A DNA stretch of 64,000 nt from Candidatus Levyibacteriota bacterium (GTDB taxonomy: Bacteria; Patescibacteriota; Microgenomatia; Levybacterales; UBA12049), in assembly GCA_016182185.1 (NCBI GenBank), contig JACOXU010000001.1, positions 530,915 through 594,914 of the forward strand, read 5' to 3'. Position numbers and translations under genes: made by a program. A model generated the notes under the pieces. It ran no database searches. It saw nothing but the letters and a program-made list of their open reading frames with translations, and had not been told where the DNA came from. Positions 44,979 through 52,996 of the stretch are shown piece after piece. Within the stretch, counting starts at the first letter, position 1. Every line of letters starts with the position of its first letter.

Positions 44979-45521
44979 TTATCCCTGATCAGGTTTTTTG
45001 AAAACCACCCTTAAACCTCCACTTTCATCTTCTGCCATGCTTTCAATTTCTGTAAATCCGAATTCTCCTGCTAGCCTACCTGTCCACGTAGCTTTAGCAG
45101 CATCTTCAGGATCAATTCCTTTCTTGAGCATTCTTGAGTATTGACTGTAGTTAGTAGAGGCGAATTTATCAAGGCTTGGTATCCAATATGAAGAGTATGT
45201 GTTTATCTCATATCCATTGCTCAAAAAGTATTCATATGCGAAAATTAAAAATCTTCTTGCAAATAAATCCGGGTGTCTTTCTCCCGTTATGTATCTTCGG
45301 GTGTGGACAGCTGCTATAAAAGTGTCTTCAACAACTTTAGCAGACACATGATATCCACTAAATTCTTCATCTTCTATCTCAATTGAATCTCTTCTGATAT
45401 CATAATGCAGAAGACTTCCGGATCCGCCTTTTGTTATGCTCCTTATATTAACAGGTAAGTCTTTAAAAGGGATCCCATACTTACCCTTAACATAAGGATA
45501 ACCAACTTTGGTTTCAACCAT
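44979..45521 (-). CDS. unknown-family protein, paralog B
   Basis: 180 aa. MVETKVGYPYVKGKYG ... GGSGS ... ITGERHPDLFARRFLIFA ... DPEDAAKATWTGRLAGEFGFTEIE ... FKKPD. A proximal TATAAT lies 8 nt before the ATG. Confidence 0.5.
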   Translation of the reverse strand: MVETKVGYPYVKGKYGIPFKDLPVNIRSITKGGSGSLLHYDIRRDSIEIEDEEFSGYHVSAKVVEDTFIAAVHTRRYITGERHPDLFARRFLIFAYEYFLSNGYEINTYSSYWIPSLDKFASTNYSQYSRMLKKGIDPEDAAKATWTGRLAGEFGFTEIESMAEDESGGLRVVFKKPDQG

Positions 45522-45560
45522 AGAGAAGGATTATAGATCCGAAAAGGGGAAATATCAAAT

Positions 45561-45582
45561 CGGGGCAATTATATCAGAAGAG
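45561..45582 (-). promoter_or_regulatory. repeated 21-nt promoter element, copy 2
   Basis: Plus-strand cggggcaattatatcagaagag, between the cupin stop and the paralog B start. Confidence 0.45.
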
Positions 45583-45589
45583 GATTATT

Positions 45590-45970
45590 TTATTCTTTTG
45601 GTTCTAGCTTAATTGCGTTTGCGGAAGTTGTGCCGGGGACATTAAATTCAAATAATTTCATTTCTCCTTGATATTCATATTCTCCTCCATCAGGAATAAC
45701 AAAAAGGCTTCCCACTTTAACCTCGTGAGCAACTCCATTTAAAGTAAACATTCCTGTTCCTTCTCTTACATAATAGCTCCTCGTTGCACCAACCATTCTT
45801 GTTAACGGATGCCTACCATGAACATCGACACTTAAAGCGCTATAGCCTAATCCATCTTCAGGCTTCACATAATGATCGCCTGAAAATCCTTCTCTATCAA
45901 AATGCTCCGTCTTATCAAAAGAGATTTTTCTCGGGTGGGGTATTGACTTAGAACCTTCGGCTTCGCTCAT
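45590..45970 (-). CDS. cupin-domain protein
   Basis: Start taken at Met-13 of the track ORF (MSEAEGS...) because gcTATAATtcattcATG places a -10 box 6 nt upstream. The upstream 12 codons of the track ORF would run through that promoter. The cupin beta-barrel region is VDVHGRHPLTRMVGATRSYYVREGTGMFTLNGVAHEVKVGSLFVIPDG. Confidence 0.55.
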   Translation of the reverse strand: MSEAEGSKSIPHPRKISFDKTEHFDREGFSGDHYVKPEDGLGYSALSVDVHGRHPLTRMVGATRSYYVREGTGMFTLNGVAHEVKVGSLFVIPDGGEYEYQGEMKLFEFNVPGTTSANAIKLEPKE

Positions 45971-45999
45971 GAATGAATTATAGCACAAGCACACAAAAT

Positions 46000-46020
46000 G
46001 AGGCAATTATATCAGAAGAA
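46000..46020 (-). promoter_or_regulatory. repeated 21-nt promoter element, copy 3
   Basis: Plus-strand gaggcaattatatcagaagaa, immediately after the toxin gene stop. Confidence 0.45.
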
Positions 46021-46383
46021 TTATCTATTTTTGGCTCCTCTTAGCGATGTATATTTTCCATAAAGTGAATTTCGGGTACTTCTGCTAAGAAGTGCATTGA
46101 GATTTTTGTCCAGCTTCTCAGATGCAAGTTTTTGAGAAACGCCTATAACCCCGCTTTCTTCACTTCTTTCAGCTAATTTTTTGAAATGATTAACATTATA
46201 AGTCACTATTAGTCTTTTCTGTTTACAGGCAATATCATATACCTCTCTGTCTAGGACCCCGCCTTTATTCAAATCCAATTTAATATGCTTTAAATTGTGC
46301 CTACTGTTAGTTCTTGGAAGTAAATTTTTAGAGTACACACCTTCGTCCAGAAGTAGAGAATGCTTATGAGGCTTGCGAGACAT
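46021..46383 (-). CDS. DUF5615-type PIN-like (Mut7-C-like) putative toxin
   Basis: 120 aa. LLLDEGV...LLPRT...HNLKHIKLDL ... KRLIVTYNVNHFKKLA matches the DUF5615 pattern. A 20-nt overlap with the upstream DUF433 gene is typical of TA coupling. Confidence 0.5.
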   Translation of the reverse strand: MSRKPHKHSLLLDEGVYSKNLLPRTNSRHNLKHIKLDLNKGGVLDREVYDIACKQKRLIVTYNVNHFKKLAERSEESGVIGVSQKLASEKLDKNLNALLSRSTRNSLYGKYTSLRGAKNR

Positions 46384-46582
46384 GATTATTTATTATTTGA
46401 GCGCCTTCTTCCACAACTTTTTTAATTATTTCTACGGACAACTGTGGATACAACTCATTAATCGCTTCCGGAGAAAATCCGTCATTGAGTAGAAAAAATA
46501 TTTTTCTTGCAGGAATCCTAGTTCCTTTTATTACAGCTTCTCCTCCAAGTATTTCTCTGTCTGATATTATATATTTCTTCAT
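46364..46582 (-). CDS. DUF433 family putative antitoxin
   Basis: 72 aa. IISDREILGGEAVIKGTRIPARKIFFLLNDGFSPEAINELYPQLSVEIIKKVVE is the DUF433 consensus (ISDPxILGGKPVIKGTRIP...). Confidence 0.7.
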   Translation of the reverse strand: MKKYIISDREILGGEAVIKGTRIPARKIFFLLNDGFSPEAINELYPQLSVEIIKKVVEEGAQIINNHVSQAS

Positions 46583-46617
46583 AATTTTAGTTTATTTTAA
46601 TAAGCGTAGCTTGTCAA
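46583..46617 (-). promoter_or_regulatory. promoter of the DUF433/DUF5615 pair (TTGACA-17 nt-TAAACT, 6 nt before ATG)
   Basis: Gene-sense ccaTTGACAagctacgcttattaaaaTAAACTaaaattATG. A further TGATATAAT sits 35 nt upstream (plus 46636..46644). Confidence 0.4.
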
Positions 46618-46707
46618 TGGACTCAATGGAGTAAGATTATATCATAACTAATCAATAACTAATATGTAGAGCTTTGAATATTATTTTGGGGGAGATTTTG
46701 AAAACAA

Positions 46708-47292
46708 TTAAGTTTGATTTGGTTTTCTAAATATTGCGGTTGTAGCTAGCTCGCCATCGGGAGTTTCTTCAGCTCCTATCTCTTCTAATTTTATTTCAGA
46801 ATAACCAAGCTCCGCAAATAGTTTTCCTGTCCATGTTTCTTTTGCAGCCCTAACAGGATCTCCATGAACTGACATTTCATCCTGAAAAATTTGTAGATTA
46901 ATAGAATTTGGCGCCCAAGTACCTTTGCATCCAGAAATAAAAATATTATTATCTGATAAGTATGTTAAGGCAAAAACAATAAATTTCTTTGCATACATGT
47001 CAGGATGTACATCTTGAGGATTGTCTTCATATACATCTAAAGGAGATGTTCGAGTTCTTATATTGAAATTTACAATTTCACTCACGACTTGAACCGACAT
47101 AAATCTATCAGGATAACCAACATCTCTTACAGAGAGCATATCGCTGCCAACTGTATATTGTAATTCAGATCCAGACCCACCTCTAATAACACCGGTACAT
47201 TTGCCTTTGGTTCTATACCTTTCGATTATTGCCTCAAGAGATATTCCTTTTTTGCCTTCAATATAAGGATAGTTTCCTTCAACTTCAACCAT
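46708..47292 (-). CDS. unknown-family protein, paralog C
   Basis: 194 aa. MVEVEGNYPYIEGKKG ... GGSGS ... QDVHPDMYAKKFIVFA ... DPVRAAKETWTGKLFAELGYSEIK ... FRKPN. Confidence 0.5.
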   Translation of the reverse strand: MVEVEGNYPYIEGKKGISLEAIIERYRTKGKCTGVIRGGSGSELQYTVGSDMLSVRDVGYPDRFMSVQVVSEIVNFNIRTRTSPLDVYEDNPQDVHPDMYAKKFIVFALTYLSDNNIFISGCKGTWAPNSINLQIFQDEMSVHGDPVRAAKETWTGKLFAELGYSEIKLEEIGAEETPDGELATTAIFRKPNQT

Positions 47293-47330
47293 AGACGAGA
47301 ATTATACTCTTTGGATTTTGTTATATCAAC
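47293..47330 (-). promoter_or_regulatory. promoter of paralog C (TTGATA-17 nt-TATAAT, 8 nt before ATG); the -35 is formed by the last codons of ruvB
   Basis: Gene-sense TTGATAtaacaaaatccaaagagTATAATtctcgtctATG. The TTGATA spans the ruvB codons Leu-Ile-stop. Confidence 0.5.
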
Positions 47331-48355
47331 TTTTGTTGTTTTTTGGGTTCTTCGGGATGCTTCTTTCCTAAATGTTCGTAGGCGGAGGGAGTGGCGACTC
47401 TTCCCCTACTCGTTCTTTTTATAAACCCAATTTGTAAAAGATACGGCTCTACGACTTCTTCAAGTGTTCCAGTATCCTCTGATATGGTTGATGCAATAGT
47501 TTCAAGTCCCACTGGCCCACCGCTATGCTTGTCAATTATTGCCTTTAAGAACCTTCGATCAGAACTATCAAGCCCCATCTCGTCTACCTCAAGCATCTTG
47601 AGCGCTTCATCTACTAATTCTTTGGTAATTTTTCCCTCCCCTTTTACCTGTGCAAAATCGCGTGCCCTCTTTAATAATTTTAAACCAATTCGGGGAGTCC
47701 CTCTGGCTCTTTTGGCAATTTGCTTGACACTCTCTTTATCAATTGCGACTTTAAGTTTTTTGGCGGCATTTTCTATAATAGTTTCTAAATCCTTCGGATC
47801 ATAAAAATTCAAACGGTGAACTACGCCAAAGCGGTCCCTAAGGGGCGCAGACATTAGCCCGATCCGTGTAGTTGCTCCGATGATGGTAAATTGGGGCAAA
47901 TCCAATCTTAAAGTTCGGGCGGAAGGCCCTTTTCCCAGAACTATGTCTAGCGCATAATCTTCCATGGCAGGATAAAGCGTCTCCTCAACTACTTTATTTA
48001 ACCTGTGAATTTCATCGATAAATAATATATCTCCTTTTTCAAGATTGGTTAGAATCGAAGCAAGATCCCCCGCTCGCTCAATCGCAGGGCCTGAGGTCAC
48101 TCTGATATTTGCTCCCATTTGCTTGGCAACCAGATGAGAAAGCGTGGTCTTCCCCAGTCCCGGAGGTCCATACAAAAGTATATGTTCTATCGCCTCTTTT
48201 CTTTTCTTCGCCGCATTTATGGCAATATGAAGAGATTCTTTTACCTGCGTTTGTCCCAGAAATCCAGTCCAGTCCGAAACCCGAAGAGAAGTAAAGAGTA
48301 CCTGTTCTTCTGGTGTTTCCTGTTCGTCAAGTTTAATCTGTTTCTTATTTGCCAT
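47321..48355 (-). CDS. ruvB: Holliday junction branch-migration helicase RuvB
   Basis: [22 protein letters not shown] Walker A. An AAA+ sensor region. A C-terminal winged helix. Confidence 0.95.
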   Translation of the reverse strand: MANKKQIKLDEQETPEEQVLFTSLRVSDWTGFLGQTQVKESLHIAINAAKKRKEAIEHILLYGPPGLGKTTLSHLVAKQMGANIRVTSGPAIERAGDLASILTNLEKGDILFIDEIHRLNKVVEETLYPAMEDYALDIVLGKGPSARTLRLDLPQFTIIGATTRIGLMSAPLRDRFGVVHRLNFYDPKDLETIIENAAKKLKVAIDKESVKQIAKRARGTPRIGLKLLKRARDFAQVKGEGKITKELVDEALKMLEVDEMGLDSSDRRFLKAIIDKHSGGPVGLETIASTISEDTGTLEEVVEPYLLQIGFIKRTSRGRVATPSAYEHLGKKHPEEPKKQQKLI

Positions 48356-48360
48356 ATTTT

Positions 48361-48458
48361 TAAAATTTCTAACCTCTAATTTCTAAATCCTAAACAAATC
48401 CCAATTTTCAAAATCCCAAACTTTAGATCAATTAGGTGAATTAGGTCAATTAGAAATT
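48361..48458. repeat. repeated intergenic element, copy 2 (between ruvA stop and ruvB start)
   Basis: See 2161..2243. The core aaatcccaaactttagatcaattaggtgaattaggtcaattagaaatt differs at 2 positions from copy 1. Confidence 0.7.
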
Positions 48459-48465
48459 ATCATGT

Positions 48466-49041
48466 TTATTTTCCCAAGTATTTCAGGGCTAGTCTTACCT
48501 TTTCTTCGACTCCCTCAATCTTCTTATCAATATTTTTCATCGCTTCTTTTGCTTCTTTTACGCTGAAACCAAAAGTCTTAAGAACATTTAGAACTTCAAG
48601 TGTCTGGCCGTCTGTCTCCTCGGATAAATCAAGATCTTCAAGGCTGCCGAGTTTTCCCCGAAGCTCAATTATAATCTTTTGGGCATTCTTTCTCCCAAGT
48701 CTTGGCACCTGGGTAAAAAATTCAACATCTCCCTTGATAACCGCCCCGATTATATTTTTTCTATTGCCTACTGAAAAGATATTTATAGCACTTCTGGGAC
48801 CAATGCCTGAAACTGAAATGATTCTTTCAAAAAGTTTTAGATCCTCTGCTGAAGAAAATCCGAAAAGCTCCAAAACATCTTCCCTGACATAGGTGTAGGT
48901 ATATATTTTTATCTGTGAGAAAAGTACGGCGCTGCCTAAAACATCTGCCGCGACAGTTGCCTTATAGCCTACTCCATTTACATCAATGATTAATGTAGTC
49001 CCGTCTTTTAATTCTACTTTTCCCTTAAGACTTCCTATCAT
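48466..49041 (-). CDS. ruvA: Holliday junction DNA-binding protein RuvA
   Basis: MIGSLKGKVELKDGTTLIIDVNGVGYKATV (OB-fold N-terminus). Helix-hairpin-helix motifs. C-terminal RuvB-interaction domain. Confidence 0.9.
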   Translation of the reverse strand: MIGSLKGKVELKDGTTLIIDVNGVGYKATVAADVLGSAVLFSQIKIYTYTYVREDVLELFGFSSAEDLKLFERIISVSGIGPRSAINIFSVGNRKNIIGAVIKGDVEFFTQVPRLGRKNAQKIIIELRGKLGSLEDLDLSEETDGQTLEVLNVLKTFGFSVKEAKEAMKNIDKKIEGVEEKVRLALKYLGK

Positions 49042-49519
49042 ACTTTCCTATCTTTCTTGAAAATAAATGTGTAAGTCCTACTGCCAGGGCATCTGCCGTA
49101 TCATCAGGCCTAGGAATTTCTTTAAGATTAAGAATTGTCTTAACCATTTTGCCAATTTGAACCTTCTCTGCCCGTCCATATCCTGAAACTGCAATTTTAA
49201 CTTGTAAGGGCGTGTAAATTCCTATAGATAATTTTTTCTGAGCACCGGCCAAAAGCACTACTCCCCTGGCCTGTCCTACTACAAAAGCGGTTTTTGCATT
49301 CGTGTTGAAAAAAAGTTCCTCAACTGAAAGTGCATCTACTTTGTATTTATTTATTAATTTTATAACTTTGTCGTAAATTTCAAAAAGCCTTTTGGGTGTT
49401 TCAAGATTAGGAGACGTTTCAAGACAATCATAATCAAGGGCTGAAAATTTTCCGTTATTTTCTTCAATAATCCCCCACCCTGTTCGGGCTATCCCGGGAT
49501 CAATTCCCAAAACACGCAT
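49025..49519 (-). CDS. ruvC: crossover junction endodeoxyribonuclease RuvC
   Basis: MRVLGIDPGIARTGWGIIE (RNase H-fold catalytic Asp). Overlaps the ruvA start. Confidence 0.9.
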   Translation of the reverse strand: MRVLGIDPGIARTGWGIIEENNGKFSALDYDCLETSPNLETPKRLFEIYDKVIKLINKYKVDALSVEELFFNTNAKTAFVVGQARGVVLLAGAQKKLSIGIYTPLQVKIAVSGYGRAEKVQIGKMVKTILNLKEIPRPDDTADALAVGLTHLFSRKIGKYDRKS

Positions 49520-49592
49520 AAATTCTTTCGTATTATAACATTTAAATCAACGGTTGTAATAATAAGGCAGTTGAGGTAAAATATAAATCTTA

Positions 49593-50318
49593 ATGAAAAG
49601 AGAAAAACTCAAGGTTGAGAAAAGAAAGATTTTAGGCAAGAAGGTAAAAAAATTAAGACGTGAAGGAGTCTTGCCGGCCAATGTGTATGGAAAAGATATA
49701 AAATCAGTTTCTGTACAAGTGGCTCAAAAAGAATTCGATAAAGTTTTCAAAGAGGCCGGAGAAACCGGATTGGTCGATTTGGAGCTTGATAGCAAATTAC
49801 TTCCGGTCTTAATCCACAATGTTCAATCAGATTATCTAGGTAATCCTCTACACGCTGATTTTTTCCAAGTAAATCTTAAAGAAAAAGTTAAAACCATGGT
49901 TCCGATCGTTGTCATTGGAGAACCCAAGGCCGTGACTGACAAGGTTGGACTTCTTATGCAGATAATTTCTGAGGTTGAAGTTGAAGCTTTGCCTGAAGAA
50001 TTGCCCGAAAATATTGAAGTGAATGTCGAGCCCTTAGCAACAGTTGATGAGCAGGTTACAGTCGGAGATCTTAAGACCGCAAAAGATGTTACTGTTCTGA
50101 CTGATCCAACCCAAGTTGTCGTAAAAATCTCAGAACTTGTCAGTAAAGAAGCAGAAGAACTTGCCGCTGAGGAGGCTGCGGCTGCTGAGGAAGCCAAGGC
50201 AGAAGCCGGAGAAGAAGAACCAGCTGAAGGCGAGGCTCCAGTCGAAGAAAAGAAAGAACCCTCCACCGCTAAAGCCCCGGCGGGCGAGGAAAAACCCGCA
50301 GAGGAAAAGACTGAATAA
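49593..50318 (+). CDS. rplY: ribosomal protein bL25 (Ctc/general stress form) with long Ala/Glu-rich acidic C-terminal tail
   Basis: The N-terminal 95 aa match L25 (KLKVEKRKILGKKVKKLRREGVLPANVYGK). About 70 aa of tail composed of AEE/EEA repeats. Confidence 0.8.
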   Translation: MKREKLKVEKRKILGKKVKKLRREGVLPANVYGKDIKSVSVQVAQKEFDKVFKEAGETGLVDLELDSKLLPVLIHNVQSDYLGNPLHADFFQVNLKEKVKTMVPIVVIGEPKAVTDKVGLLMQIISEVEVEALPEELPENIEVNVEPLATVDEQVTVGDLKTAKDVTVLTDPTQVVVKISELVSKEAEELAAEEAAAAEEAKAEAGEEEPAEGEAPVEEKKEPSTAKAPAGEEKPAEEKTE

Positions 50319-50322
50319 CTTC

Positions 50323-50751
50323 CTATTGTTTGTTTAGTATCAACTCTAACTCTCTTCCCTCTTTAAAATTCGGGTCCAAAGATAATGTTTTCTGAAGATA
50401 CTCTCTTGACTTGTCAAAATTTTTGAGTCTGTATTCCAAAATTGCCAACTGAAAATAAGCATCTCTATAACCCTTGTACTCTTCGGTAATTGATTGCCAA
50501 TTTTTAATTTGGTTGACAATCGATTCTCGTTCCCTCTCAAGCTCGGTTTTGTTGCGTAAATTTCTATAAAGATCAAGGGAAACATAAACAATTCCGCCAA
50601 TAAAAAGCGCTGTGAGAAAACCTGCAACAATAAGTCTCTTCTGGAACTTCTTAAGATGCTTGATGACAGGGGCTTCGGTAATAAATCGGTAAATTCTCGG
50701 GAATTTAAGCTTAAGAGTTATATATTTTAGTTTTTGAGCAGATTTATGCAT
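50323..50751 (-). CDS. membrane-anchored TPR-repeat protein
   Basis: One TM then a TPR-like helical repeat (YRDAYFQLAILEYRLKNFDKSREYLQKTLSLDPNF). Confidence 0.45.
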   Translation of the reverse strand: MHKSAQKLKYITLKLKFPRIYRFITEAPVIKHLKKFQKRLIVAGFLTALFIGGIVYVSLDLYRNLRNKTELERERESIVNQIKNWQSITEEYKGYRDAYFQLAILEYRLKNFDKSREYLQKTLSLDPNFKEGRELELILNKQ

Positions 50752-52858
50752 GAACCGGCCACTCCTCTATTGCTAAAGATTCGCCGAATCCGAATCTTTG
50801 ATAAATCTCTTCTGTCACAAAGGGCACAAAGGGATGAAGAAGTTTCAGAAGTATCAAATATAAATTAATAAGAACCGTATACGAGTTTTCAGTTATTCTG
50901 TTTTTGACATCCTCGATATATTTGTCCGCAAATTCATGCCAGGTGAAATCATACAATCCCTCAGCTGTAAAATGAAAGTTATAATGCTCTATGTGTTTGG
51001 TCATGTCTTTTATTAATTTGTCTGTTTTTTCTATCCATTCTCTATCGTTTTTATGCATTGCTATTTTTAATAATTCCTTAATTGACTTTTGAGTTTTGAC
51101 TTTTGAGTTTTGACTTCGATTTATTTCAATAAATCGTCCTATATTCCAGAGTTTATTTGTAAACTTACGGGCAGCATCAAGTTTGGGATAAGAAAGCGCC
51201 TGGTCATTACCAAATGCGGTGCCATAAACTAAGGCAAATCTTACAGCGTCTGCTCCGTATTGATCAACAGTCTCGAGAGGATCAATCACATTTCCCTTGG
51301 ATTTACTCATTTTTTTGCCTAGCGGATCTTTCACCATTCCATGCAAAACTACATCTTTAAAAGGGATTTCTCCTGTTGCATAAATACCGACCATGATCAT
51401 TCTTGCCACCCAGAATAATAAAATGTCGTACATTGTTTCCATAACAGATGTAGGATAAAAATAATCGAAATCACCCGGCTTTGTGGTTTTAAGCGTAGCA
51501 AAAGGCCACTGAGCTGAAGAAAACCAAGTATCAAAAGTGTCCTCATCTTGCTTAAGTTTTTTAGAATTACAATCCTTACATTTTTCAGGAATTTCTCTCT
51601 CTGTAATCACCCAAGAATTGCACTCTTGACATTGCCAGGCAGGGATTCGTATTCCCCAGACAATTTGTCTTGAGATATTCCAGTCTTTTATATTCTTCAA
51701 AAACCAAAGAATATTCTTTTCATGTCTTTTTGGATAAAATTTAATTTTCCTTTCCTCAATTGCCTCAATAGCGGGGTTTGCCAAAGGCTCCATTTTGACA
51801 AACCATTGAGGCATAAGCATGGGTTCAATGGTTGTTCCGCATTTATAGCAAACTTCGATTGTGTGAATATAATCATTGTCGACTTTTTCAATTAAGCCTT
51901 TTTTCTCCATATCCTCTGCTACTTTTCCTCTTGCTTCTTTCACTCTCATACCTTTATATGGCCCGGTAATCTCAGTCAGCCTGCCATCTAGGTCAATTAC
52001 TTTTATAATTTCTAAATTATGTCTTTTGCCCATTTCAAAATCCTTCATATCATGGGCCGGGGTTACCTTGACAACACCAGTACCAAAATCTGGGTCTATT
52101 ACTTCATCTGCAATTATCTTCATTTTTCTTTTACCTAAGAGCGTCTCAAACTCTATTTCTTTGCCAATGTACCTCTGATATCTCTTATCTTTTGTATTAA
52201 CAGCAATTGCCGTATCTCCAAATTTGGTTTCAGGCCTTACTGTTGCCAGAGTGAGAGGACCGTATTTTATAAAATAAAGAGGGTCTTTTTGTTCCTTATG
52301 ATTCACCTCAAGATCTGAAAACGATGTGCCGCATTTTGTACAGTAATTTACCAGTCTCTCTCCTCTATAGATCAGCCCATCGTCATACATTTTTTTAAAT
52401 GTCTTGTAGACAATTTTTACGATATCTTCATCCAAAGTAAACTTATTGCGAGTCCAATCAAGAGAAAAACCCAGTCTTTTCAATTGATTTTGCATTCCCT
52501 TCTTATTTTCCAAGACATAATCAAGGATCATCTTGTAAAGTGTCTCCCGGTCAAAATCAAAACGCGATTTCCCTTCTTTCTCAAGTTTTTTTTCAAAAAC
52601 GAACTGAGTTTCAAAACCTGCATGATCTGCTCCCGGAAGCCAAAGGGTCGCAAAGCCTTTCATTCGATGAAATCGGATCAGTATATCTTCAATTACATAC
52701 ATCGCATGTCCGAAATGTAACGGGGCGTTTGCATTCGGCGGAGGAAGAATTATTGAATAAGGCTTTTTCTGATTTTTTGGGGGAGTAAAATATCGATTTG
52801 TTTCCCACATTTGATAGATTTTTTCTTCAACAAATTTATGATTATAGACTTTATCCAT
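50744..52858 (-). CDS. valS: valyl-tRNA synthetase (compact form)
   Basis: Class I HIGH (PPPNANAPLHFGHAM) and KMSKS (KMSKSKGN) motifs. WNISRQIVWGIRIPAW is the ValRS-type editing/CP1-junction motif. Start set at MDKVYNHKFVEEKIYQMWETNRYFTP, which parallels the ValRS N-terminus (the track ORF has 12 extra codons). Confidence 0.7.
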   Translation of the reverse strand: MDKVYNHKFVEEKIYQMWETNRYFTPPKNQKKPYSIILPPPNANAPLHFGHAMYVIEDILIRFHRMKGFATLWLPGADHAGFETQFVFEKKLEKEGKSRFDFDRETLYKMILDYVLENKKGMQNQLKRLGFSLDWTRNKFTLDEDIVKIVYKTFKKMYDDGLIYRGERLVNYCTKCGTSFSDLEVNHKEQKDPLYFIKYGPLTLATVRPETKFGDTAIAVNTKDKRYQRYIGKEIEFETLLGKRKMKIIADEVIDPDFGTGVVKVTPAHDMKDFEMGKRHNLEIIKVIDLDGRLTEITGPYKGMRVKEARGKVAEDMEKKGLIEKVDNDYIHTIEVCYKCGTTIEPMLMPQWFVKMEPLANPAIEAIEERKIKFYPKRHEKNILWFLKNIKDWNISRQIVWGIRIPAWQCQECNSWVITEREIPEKCKDCNSKKLKQDEDTFDTWFSSAQWPFATLKTTKPGDFDYFYPTSVMETMYDILLFWVARMIMVGIYATGEIPFKDVVLHGMVKDPLGKKMSKSKGNVIDPLETVDQYGADAVRFALVYGTAFGNDQALSYPKLDAARKFTNKLWNIGRFIEINRSQNSKVKTQKSIKELLKIAMHKNDREWIEKTDKLIKDMTKHIEHYNFHFTAEGLYDFTWHEFADKYIEDVKNRITENSYTVLINLYLILLKLLHPFVPFVTEEIYQRFGFGESLAIEEWPVHA

Positions 52859-52996
52859 AAATATCTTATGCGAGTATTGTACCATACAGAACATTTGTTA
52901 AACTAGAAAAAATCGCTTTGTTTGAAGCCGAGTACACGAAAATTATGTGAACCGATAGTTGTGTTCGAAAATTCTCTTAAAAGCGGTGTTTTAAAA

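Noticed and set aside
49832-50266. Minus-strand 144-aa Ala/Ser-rich ORF
   Set aside because: Antisense of the Ala/Glu repeat tail of rplY. There is no independent support.
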